Positions 51,301 through 63,300 of a stretch of DNA of 64,000 nt are shown here, piece after piece. The notes beneath the pieces were generated by a model. It was not told the origin of the DNA, made no database searches, and saw only the letters and a program-made list of their open reading frames with translations. Made by a program: the position numbers and the translations under genes. Positions within the stretch are counted from its first letter, which is position 1, and each line of letters begins with the position of its first letter. The DNA comes from Owenia fusiformis. Its lineage: Eukaryota. Location of the stretch: the NCBI GenBank assembly GCA_903813345.2, contig CAIIXF020000001.1, positions 47,182,001 through 47,246,000 of the forward strand, read 5' to 3'.

Positions 51301-54300
51301 TTTCATGATGTTTCCTGAATTGTCTCAAAACATTAGATTGTCTCAAGAAAAGGCAATGATTATTCTTGGATTTGTTAACTTTGCCAGATTTTTGAGAGTT
51401 TATCGACTTATTCGATTGGCGAATTACTATAGATCATTCCGCATACTAATTGCTGCTCTTTATGCCAGTAAGATGGAGATATTCTTGCTATGTTTCTTGT
51501 TAGTGACTGGCATGGTTGTGTTTTCAATTTTTATCTTTTGGGCTGAGTTCCTCATACAAGATGGATTTCCATCAGTCTCAGTTGGATGCTGGTGGGCAAT
51601 TGTTACTATGACAACAGTTGGCTATGGTGATCTCCACCCTGAATCAGTGGGTGGATACTTTGTTGGAGCGTTGACAGCTGTTGTCGGTCTAATTTTTACA
51701 GGACTCCCTATTCCAATAATTGGTAATACTTTTAATGAAATGTTCCAAGCTGCAAAGTTTGAGGAACACTGGAATGAAAATTTGAAAAATCGTGAGAAAA
51801 ACTCTGATACAAAAATTTCAAAAGCCAAGGTAGAGTCAAGTAGCAAGAAGTGTTGCTTAGTACCCCATGATGTAAAAGAGTTAGAATTCAAGCGAACAGA
51901 TATTGACTGTGGAACTTCAAGTTCTAAAGACATTTGTGATTTACCACAAGTTAATATATAAAACTTACAATTGTTAACCTATTTACCAATATTTGAATGT
52001 AAATAGTGATCCCATGGATCAGGTTTGCTTTGAGTTTATTTAGTGTTTCAAAATTTAGATTGAACTATAAAAGAATCATTTGGTATAGTTCTTCTATTTT
52101 TATTCTTTAGAATTTATATTTCTGAGGTGTTTTTGCCAATTTACAGTTTTTGGCATGTTTCCAGAATGTACTATTATCACATCTATAGAAATGAATGCAT
52201 TATAGAAACATCTTAACATTTCTCCAGGTATTAAATTTTAAATTCAGAGGTTGATTCGACCTGAGTTAAGGTGTTGGCAATAAGTGTACAACAAAAGATA
52301 TAGATGATCATGATTTACAAAAAGAATGGATTCCTTTTGTTTGCATGGTGTTAGCATTAATTGTGCATTGATTTCCATTTATTTTCTATTGAAACAATAC
52401 TAGAAGCTTCTAATGGTGCCCATTAACCTATTTCCCCCAGAGGTTCAACAGACCTTAGTGACAAAAGAGGGATTTGCAAAAGGATTTTAAAAAATCAGAT
52501 TCTGTTTTGTGTCATCCATTTTGTATTGATAACCAAAGTTCACTTAGACCTCAGTTGGAAATGTTTAATTTGTTATATCGATTCTGTTATATCATGATGC
52601 CATTTAGAAGTGGAGGTGTGTCAGTGTTTGATGTTTCATATATACACCACCCTTATTATTATATAAGATATTAGTAATGAATATAAATGGTGTTATGATT
52701 GTCATCCAATTCTAACTTCTGATTAATGCACTCTGCACATTTCATTTATCTGTCTGCAAACAAATTAATGGTGTTTGTTTATTTCCAAGGGAAGAGGCAC
52801 TTTGTCAAGTTTGACTTTTTTACAAAATAGATGTCTAGATTTAGGTACTTATCTCTCTACTTTGGTCTTTGCCATTGTGAACAGCAATGCTGAGTGCTTG
52901 ACTTGGCAAACCTTTTTTACAGGGGATGATACCTTAATGTGTAAACATATTTATTTCATTCATTATTGGTACCATTCTTTGATCCTAACTGGACTATTTC
53001 AATCCACTAAGGACAACATTCATTAAAATTTTGTTTTATAATAAACGTATCAATATACAAGAATATATAGAATTTCTATAAATCCAGCATGTAGATAATA
53101 ATGGTAAATACATGTAATACAAATTTTGTCGCCATGAGGGATAAAGGTAAAACAAATATGAACTATCACAACCTAATGTGTGTATTTAGTAAACCAACAC
53201 TATGGATTTCATGGACCACTACATGGACTTTGATGAGTACTTGTAATATTGGAAACAATAAAGATAAATGTTGTTATAACCAGAAACATATAAATTCTGT
53301 TTTATATGTCTCTAGATCTATCCAATCATTTGGCATAGAATTACTGTTTAGAATATTACATAGAATATTGTTTATATACTGTATCATTAAATAGGTTCCC
53401 ACTTTCTTTGATTTGGTATATCTCATCAGGGAAATACAAGTATTGTGTTGTACATTATTACATTTTTTACAATATCATATAACCCCCACCAGATACTCAT
53501 TGAGGTAATTATATGACTAATTGTTATCATCAAATCACAATATGGTTTAATTGTTGTCATGTCATTAGACCTGGATCCTAATCGATTTTGCTGTTGAATC
53601 TCAATTTAATACATTGGGATCAAACTGAATATTACTTGAAAAAATCAAAATGACCACAACCTTTTTCATGGAAAATCAGTGTCAAATCTCTCTTTTTAAA
53701 ACAGTTTAAATGATGGTTTTCAACGATTTTTACTGCTATCTTTTCTCTCATTATCCTGCTGTTAAAATTATTTTTCCGTCTAATAGATTTGAAAATGTTG
53801 TCAGGCACATGTATATTCACAGGCTGGTATCGAAAAACTTGTCCGCTGCGATGGAGCGTGCTATTTTGCATAGAATCACTAGGAAATCCACACAATTTAT
53901 TTTTTTACTCATATGTTTTGCTATATCAAAGAAAATTACTGACTCCATGCAATGAATATATCATTTGCGGGTAACTTTAAATTATGTTTGAAATCCAACA
54001 ACGCTATGAGTAAAAGCTATTGAAAACGGCGCCGGAGTATCATACTCCAAAATGTACCATTTCTTTTATTTCTTTTTAATGGTACAATATAGCAACACGA
54101 TAATATTTACATATGTTTTCAGCATAACTCTGAAGGTATTAATGAGATCTTTATGTATTGGGTATTTTTAATTTTTTTGATAAAAAATAATAATTAATTG
54201 TTTTGTCCGCTGTGACGGAGCAGTTTCAAATCTGAAATGCGTTAAGAATTTAGATTCATAATATATTTCTTTACAACTAAACTTTAGAGGAGCGAGCATG

Positions 54301-57300
54301 TCAAATCTCTTTCGTAAAGTATTCTAAAAAATGAAACGTAATAAAAGTACACATTTCAAATTCTGAAATGTATATACACGGGGTACCATCGAATAATTTT
54401 GGCAACGTACCGGAGAACGACATTTTACTAAGAAATGGCAATAATTTAGCACAATATATTTTTTAACTAGAGTTCTACTTTGATTTTGACAAAAGTAAGT
54501 ATTCCATGCAATGGCTATTTCATTCGTGAGTTTGTAGGAATTCTGTTGGAACCGAGTTCTGATCAAGTACGAAGTTATTGAAATCGGCGCAGTCGGACTT
54601 TACTCCGAAAGATGGTTTTTTGATTATAACTTTTTACAACATTTAAGTATAGACTTTTGAAAAAAGTACAGAATAGTCCTTATACTATTGAATAATTCTG
54701 TTATTTCTGATTCACACGACTCTGATTTGTTTAATTTAAAAAAAAGTTTTAAAAATATTACTTAGGAACGTAACCGGAGCTGGGAACGTAACCGGAGCAG
54801 ATCAGTTGAATTGTATAATTTAAAAAAATAAAATATATGATTTAAAGCATATGTATTTTTTACAAACACATATGAATGTTAAAATGAGCATTTATTACCC
54901 TTCACTTACAGGAAAATCAATGCATCGAAACAAAGATGGATAACAACTGGTTTTGCATAAAACAATAAACGGGCACTCACTCAAACATCTAACGTTTATA
55001 TGGAGGGGGGGGGGGGTTAGGTGAAGAATTTCAGAAAGCATATGTTGATTCGATTTGGTCGAGCACATGACAAGTACTTAACACACCTACGCTATATACA
55101 GTTCATTGTATCCTAACTTTTTTAATAATCTAGCATTTAAATGCTTTTATTTCCCCTGAAAAAGAGAAGTTGTCTTAGAAGTATAATACATGTATGTATA
55201 AACAGTATATATATACGAAATTAGTATAACAGAGTGGGTTCTAATAGTTCGCTGAACAAATACAATGGGTGAAATCAAATGGGATTATTTGCTTACTACA
55301 TTTAATCACTTCATTCTCCAAATGATTGTTCTATGTTTGATAGCCTCTCTAAGGTAAGTGCACTTATGCATGGTAAAAACCAAATTTAATTTTTCACAAT
55401 GGATAATTTTTTTTCTTTAAATAAAATGTAATAAATACGCATTCGAACAATCCCGTATGTTTTTAAATTAGTATATGTGCTTTAGATCATATATATTTTT
55501 TTTTTTTGATTAAATAATTCATCTGATCTGCTCCGGTTACGTTCCTAAGTAATATTTTTAAAACTTTTCTTTTAATTAAACAAATCAGAGTCGTGTGAAT
55601 CAGAAATAACAGAATTATTCAAAAGTATAAGGACTATTCTGTACTTTTTTCAAAAGTCTATTCTTAAATGTTGTGAAAAGTTATAATCGAAAAACCATCT
55701 TTCGGAGTAAAGTCCGTCTGCGCCGATTTCAATAACTTCGTACTTGATCAGAACTGGGTTCCAACAGAATTCCTACAAACTCATGAATGAAATAGCAATT
55801 GCATGGAATACTTACTTTTGTCAAAATCAAAGTAGAACTCTAGTTAAAAAATATATTGTGCTAAATTATTGCCATTTCTTAGTAAAATGTCGTTCTCCGG
55901 TACGTTGCCAAAATTATTCGATGGTACCCCGTGATATACGACCACTCTTTAAGCTTCTTTTCTCAGTTTGTACTGCAATCCAACTTATGCATGGTAATCA
56001 TGAAAATGATAGTCAACTTCCATTTCAGTAAAGGGTATTTGCCTTTCGTAGTGCCCTCTGTGGATCCATCGGCCTGACATGGTCATTTTTTACGGCAACT
56101 TAATTATTTGAAGTAAAATGATTTATGAAGCTAAATACATTTAATGGTATGGACTGTGGATTGTTCTACCCTCTTTAGTCGTTCCAAAAGGTAAGTTGAA
56201 TGTATCTTGAAATACGAAAATGCAAAATTTGATTTTAAGATCGTTCTTTATTTGACTAAGAGTTATGGCTATCTGATGCAACTACAGTAAAATATGTGTA
56301 CAGTGAATACATATGGAGCCCAAAAATGTGTTCCCACTAGATGTTCACTCCATAGAGGCAATTTCATACAGAAGCCAGAGGAATATTTGATAAGACGAGG
56401 TATTCACTAGAGAAAGATATTCATTGATACAGGTTTTACAGTGCAGCACGTTTACAAAGACGTTTTTTATAATTTTATTCTATGAAAAACGATGAATTTC
56501 ATGAATTTCAAATAATTACAAATTAAATCTGTATTGCGATCATCTTATATACAGTAATATTATAATATTATGTGGTAAAAGGTTATACATCTGTCAGAAT
56601 GCATGATGTCTGTGCGCTATTTCGAATAAGTAAATTCATATTAGCCCTATTTACACTACACGTGACATTTCAAAACGTCTAAGTGAAAACGTATTAGAAA
56701 TATTATGTTGAGTTTACATCATGTTGATTCATGTTGATTTCAGTACAAACCTCCAAAAATGCTAAGAGTGGTCGTTTTTATATCTCAGATTTACATTACC
56801 CCATATCTCCAAGAGGCTGCTTGTCATTATTTAGGAAAGTGATTTGTGACATTCTCTCTTCTAAAGCCCGGTATACACCAATGGGGCAAGTTGGGACCTC
56901 CATAGACTTAACATTGCGTGGGACCTCGTGGGACCTTTTGGGACTTTGCCCCATGAAGTCCTTGGGACTCCGTGGGATTTTGCCCCATCTTGCCCCATCG
57001 AGTCCCACGAGGTCCCATGAGGTCCCATGAAGTCCCACGTGGGACTCGATGGGGCAAAATCCCACGAAGTCCCATGGAGTCCCATCGAGAATGAACATGT
57101 TCATTCTTTCCATGGGGCATCGTGGGATTTTCGATCATATGACGTGTTGTGTGAAGCCCGACATACACCAATGGGGCACAGTGGGATTTGATGGGACTTG
57201 ATGGGACTCCATGGGGTACGATGGGACAAAGTCATCAAGGTCCCATGGGACTTCGTGGGATTCGATGGGGCAAATTGGGATTCGATGGGGCAAGATGGGA

Positions 57301-60300
57301 CTCGATGGGGCAAGTGGGATTTTGCCCCATTGGTGTATACCGGGCTTAAGGGTACTTTTAAAAGATATAATTTGAATCTTAAATACTTAACGTAGTTCAC
57401 AGTTAAAACTGCTCCGTCACAGCTGACAAAAAATGTAAACATTATTTTTTATAAAAAATATTAAAAATACCCAATACATCAAGATATCATTAATACCTTC
57501 AGAGTTATGCTGAAAACATATGTAAATATTATCGTGTCACTATATTGTACCATTAAAAAGAAATAAAACAAATGGTACATTTTGGAGTATGATACCCCGG
57601 CGCCGTTTTCAATAGCTTTTACTCTTGGCGTTGTTGGACTTCAAACAAAAGTTAAAATTACCCGCAAATGATATACCCATTGCATGGAGTAAGAAATTTT
57701 CTTTGGTATAGCGAAACATGTGAGTAAAAAAATAAATTGTGTGGGTTTCTTAGTGTTTCTATGCAAAATAGCACGCTCCGTCACAGCGGACAAATTTTTC
57801 GATACCAGCCTGTGATATTGTTCATGACTCCGAGCATTGGGCTCATCACAAAGCTCTCTGGTCGGATATCTTTTAGGAAGCTCTTGGTGCTGCCTGGAAT
57901 ACATAGAGTAGACAGATGTCAGTAAAATATATACTTTTATGATTTTATGGCACACTTCTAGTGATTGGTATATACATTGTCCTGTCTTCCACAAAATGTT
58001 GCAAGATTTTATTCCTGTGTATTTACAGCCGTGACAGAAGACATATTCAAGATTGGATCAATGTCTCCAGGTGCAATGTTGTTTGAGGCATCAAGAGAAT
58101 TCCAGGTAAATACCATATATATTTGCATACAACCAATGGCCATACATGAATGTGATTGTGTTACCTCATAGTAAAGTACTTAGCACATGTACTAGTGCTT
58201 TTTTTGACATTTCTCACTGAAAATGTTTCTAAATACAGTAAAACCTGTCTAATCCGAACACCCATGGGACCAGCCAAAAGCGTTCAAATTGGCAGGTGTT
58301 CAAATTTCGAGGATATTGTTGGTCGGGGGGGATTTTCATTGATCAGTCTACTATATTGAACACTTAATACTTAGTCAGAAAACAATACAATACGAGTGCT
58401 CATTCGAGATGATGCATAATCTTTCAAAATATCAAGGGCATTCAGGATGTCAGATGTGCCTTTTTAGGAGGCATTTTAGTGATAGGATATTACGAAGTTG
58501 AATTTTTTCTCTTTCTCGTGATATAATCTTGTCTGCAAATGTGTCTGTGTTGTCTTTGTGATTATAAAACATTTACTGATTGAACCCTAGCTATCGTAAC
58601 AGACCCATGGGTTAAAAACAGTTAAGACTTGTTCATAATCCAAATCAAAAACATCCAGTTAATTTAAAATAAGGATAAACCAATTATCTCCCAGATTCTC
58701 ACCTTTCTCTTAATCCAAATCAAAAACGTCCAGGTAATTTCTAATAATGATAAAACAATTATAATCTTGTCTGCAAATGTGTCTGTGTTGTCTCTGTGAT
58801 TATAAAACATTTACTGATTGAATCCTAGCTATTATAACAGACCCATGGGATATAAAACAGTTAAGACTTGTTCATAATCCAAATCAAAAACATCCAATTA
58901 ATTTAAAATAAGGATAAACCAATTATCTTCTTGATTCACACCTTTCTCTTAATCCAAATCAAAAACATCCAGGTAATTTCTAATAATGATAAAACAATTA
59001 TAATCTTGTCTGCAAATGTGTCTGTGTTGTCTCTGTGATTATAAAACATTTACTGATTGAATCCTAGCTATCATAACAGACCCATGGGATATAAAACAGT
59101 TAAGACTTGTTCATAATCCAAATCAAAAACATCCAGTTAATTTAAAATAAGGATAAACCAATTATCTCCCAGATTCTCACCTTTCTCTTAATCCAAACAT
59201 AAAACATTCAGTTCTTTTCTAATAGGATAAACCTATTAACTCCTGTATTCACACCTTTCCAAATCATCCTGTTGTTCTCCACAATTAGGGATGTCATTGA
59301 GACTTAAATAAGTTAATTAGGACAATATTGGTTCTTTGATTACATTGCATATGTAAAGATAAATAACAACTGTAACATTGACTCAATATGTGGCTTTAAT
59401 TGAAATGTCCAGAAATTTGATTTCTGATAAAATGTTCAGATTAGGCAGGTCAGTTTTTCAAATCTGGTTGTTCACTGTTCAGATTAGGAGGTGTTCAGAT
59501 TTCAAGGTTTTTTTAACATGGGAGTCAATGGGAGGAAAAAATGGGACCGAAAAAAAGTGTTCAAATTGGAAGGTGTTCGGATTAGCCAGGTGTTCAGATA
59601 TACAGGTTTTACTGTATGTATATATGAGGCATTTTTATTTAAATCTCAATCATCTGGTAAATGAAATGCTTCAAGAGAATTTTGAGTTGAGAAAATATTG
59701 ATTTTTTCAAAATGGTGACTGGACAACAGTCTAGTCTAGTCTGTTCATCCAAGTAGATAACCCATTTACCACTGATTCAATGAACAATATGTAGTATCGT
59801 GGTAAATAGTGAGTGGTAACCTTTTTATGGTTTGCTGCTTTATTTCGATGATAATGATAATGATAATTCCCTCTTATAGAGAGGTAGCCAGCGTGCAGAT
59901 GAGTACATACGTATGATACCTGACATCGGGAGAGCTGTAGAGGAATGCATCGAAGCTGCCGGTGAAGAGCATGAGCCAAGCAAACAACAGTTGCTACTGA
60001 GGGTGAGAATTTATTTTACACATTATAAAGATGGCAGCACTGCAAATTCACTGTATGAATCGTGTTACTCCAAATGGACTCCAGATAATGCACAAAAGGA
60101 AATCATGAAATTGCAAGATTAGATTTTTAAGATCATGTTCATCTATAAGTGAGAGGAGTTCACACACATGCTTATATTTTGTTATTCTTATTAGGTTGTA
60201 ATAATGGTTTATAATTGATGTCAAATGTTTTATACTGTTTAGGGGTGGTGTCCAAATTACATGTATCAACAGTCATGGAAAAACAAAGTCAATTTTGTTA

Positions 60301-63300
60301 TAGTTTGACCTCCCCCACTTTACCCTCATCTAATTAAATTTTAAAATATTGATTTGTCTTTCACCTGAATGTTAAAAAAGTTAACAGTCTTCACTAAACA
60401 AAATCATCATTTACCCCTTCCCCTGACGGCACTAAATTTCTTATTTAACAACTGTTGAGAATTGGACATTTATATTCCACATATTACATGTAGTTTGTAT
60501 GTAGCCCGGGTATGCAGGTTAAAGTGAAGTGTGTACAATTAAAGTAAAGTCATAAAACAAATGTTCTAGTGACATCTGCCTGTCATATGTATTCCAGGCA
60601 GCATCATTTGGAAAGTGTTTCCTGACAGATATCCAACCAGAGAGCTTCGTGAACATGTGTCAGATGCTGCGAGTCTTGAACAACATACATGACTACAAGC
60701 TGGCAATTCCACTCACTAAAACTCAGTATCCTTTTGAATTTCTCACAAACAATCATGTTTCTTAAACTTAAGCAGACATTGTAAAGTGGGAGGATATATC
60801 TTAATCTAACTGATTTCAACAAATGCCCATTAATCACAAAATATTTCAATCGATGTTCAAAGCACTTTAGTCAACAGATAATTATTTTTCAGAATGTTTA
60901 AAAGTCAGCAATCTTTGAAATCTCATTGAATTGTAGCATGCCTTTAGGTTAACATTTGTGTTACTTTTTTTATTTAAGTTAATAGATCGAGGAATCGGAA
61001 GTAAGCTTAACTGCAATAGGGTCATTACTGTCATTCCTGACCTGCCTCCTCATCTCATTATAACCTTAACATTTGAGACTTGAACAGCTTACAGTTCCTG
61101 TACTCATAGACCGCTTGGTTTTACGGAGACAGTACTGTCTTGCTATCAGAATATGTCAGTACCTGAATATACCTGAGGCTGATGGGGCTAGCAGGATACT
61201 GGCTCATTGGGCATGTTATAAGGTATGTACAAAAGGAGTGTTACTGGCACTTAAGAAATTGGTGTATTATGAAGTAAGCCTTCATATTCCATAAAGTACA
61301 TACACTAATATGTACTGTATACAAGCACTAGTATATTCAGACAATTTTTACACTGCACTACAGAGGCCTCATTATCATCTGGTCGCAAATAGTTGCGTTG
61401 CGTCTGCGATGCGATTGCGATCGCAATTCGTAACGCATGCGATGCGTGATATTATCAATTGAGCGCAATCGCAGACGCAAAGCAATCGCAAAACAATTAA
61501 AACGTAAGTTGCGATCGCAAGTCTAGAGTGTATTTTGGCGCGAAATTTAAAAGAACACTGGCGCTATTTTTTGACATTGATTGATTGAAATTGATAGAAA
61601 TCCAATAATTGATATGATTTGATTGGTTTCGCATGCATTACACTTGTGCAAGACATAAGTGCGCCAAAATGCAAATCGATTTACATTGAACAGACGGTAG
61701 TCGAAGAAACATGTCGAGGGCAAGGAATTGGACAAATGATGAACAAGAATTATTAGTATCTCTCATTGAGAAGGATGCAAATATTCTTTTGGCACCACTA
61801 AGCTGTCAAATAACAATACAGTCACAGGATAGTTGCTGGGCAAGGGTAGCTGAAAAAATAAGTTCACTTGGTGTGGAAATGAGGACTAGAAAAAACGTTA
61901 TGTAAGTCACACATCACTGAAAATAAATAACTGTTAAAACGGGAAGTTGTCATGCTACTGAAACTAACTGAAATAAAATGAACTTTGGGTCGTTGTTGTA
62001 TGTGTTCTACAATGCTTCTATCTAAAATCCGTCAACATGATTTTTCAACAGACAATGAAACGATAACAGCTAATGAGTGAGTTTTCTATTTGGTGGTGTA
62101 TGTTTACATTTTATACACATGCAAGAAAATTGCAAGTTGTTGGTTCCATATCGATATATGTTTAAATATGTCTCCAGTGTATTGCATTTATTTCCTTTGG
62201 TGTTCTTGTACTTTTGCAGACGATGTAGGTGAGGTACATATACACTAGGAATACTCAGAACATCAGTGTAGTAGGGGCAAGATTAATTCACCAAACAAGC
62301 TTTATTAGCTAGATAAATATTTAATTGGCGAAAATCCTATGCTCCAAAGAGCACGAAATATTGCAGGCACCAATCTAAGACGTATACAGTATGTGATGCG
62401 TTCGCAATATTTAGAAACAAACGTGATTTTTAAGGATTTACAGGCTCAATTAAATGTATATTTTAATCATATTAAATAAATAAAATTGAACAATTTCTTC
62501 GATACTATTGATTAATACTTAACAGGTAGTGAAATGACCGATATAAAACACCACAAAATATCCATTAACATAGATAAAATAACGCTCAAAGATGAACTAG
62601 ATTTGCGATTTGATTTGCGACAGGGTAAACGTCGTCGCAAATTTTTGTTTAGTTGCGATCAGAAAATCTATAACTTTGCGTCAGACTTGCGATGCGATGG
62701 AATGATAATAACATTTTTGGGAAATAGTTGCGTTGCGATGTCTTGCGATGCGATTCGCATGCGATTTTGCGTTGCGACCAGATGATAATGAGGCCTCTGA
62801 ATAGGCATACATGCATTATCATATTAGTATATTCGATAAAATACTTATTTTATATGGATTACTTGCAGTGAAACTGATGTTCTGTTCATCTCTTCTACAA
62901 AGAATGCCTTTTAATACTCAGAAGTAAAAAAGTATTTTTTGTAGAGACGATATCTCTGTATATGTTTCACATGTATTTTATGTAGTTATGTAATAACAGG
63001 TACAACAGACCCATGTTGATGATGAATTGGTTGCAACAGCTATTGCCAATAAACTAGGTGACACCCCTGGAGTGTCTTATTCTGAGATTGCCAACAAAGC
63101 TATTGAATGTGGACGCACTGAGCTTGCAATAAGGGTAACCTTTTTTGATCATAAAGCATGCATGTTGTTAAATGCAATTTGTCAATTTTGTATTTGACAT
63201 TTAAAAATATTTAGATTAATTTCTACACTTCAAGTGGTTCATTGAGTAATCAAACTTGAGAGATATACTTGGGTGGTGTGGCAAACACAAAGACCAGTGA

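Larger units (their letters stand above)
53818..57814. mobile_element. Non-autonomous DNA transposon with CAC...GTG termini, ~500-bp TIRs and 5-bp TSD (ATATT)
   Basis: ATATT|CACAGGCTGGTATCGAAAAA ... TTTTTCGATACCAGCCTGTG|ATATT; arms alignable to about 54320 and 56830. Confidence 0.88.

Noticed and set aside
56731..57442. Cluster of overlapping ORFs on both strands
   Set aside because: Arise from stop-poor GGGAC/GTCCC repeats in a MITE.
53632..57994. Near-identical ORF pairs on opposite strands (e.g. 54324-54566 and 55744-56031)
   Set aside because: Mirror translations of long TIRs, not genes; no DDE transposase motifs seen.
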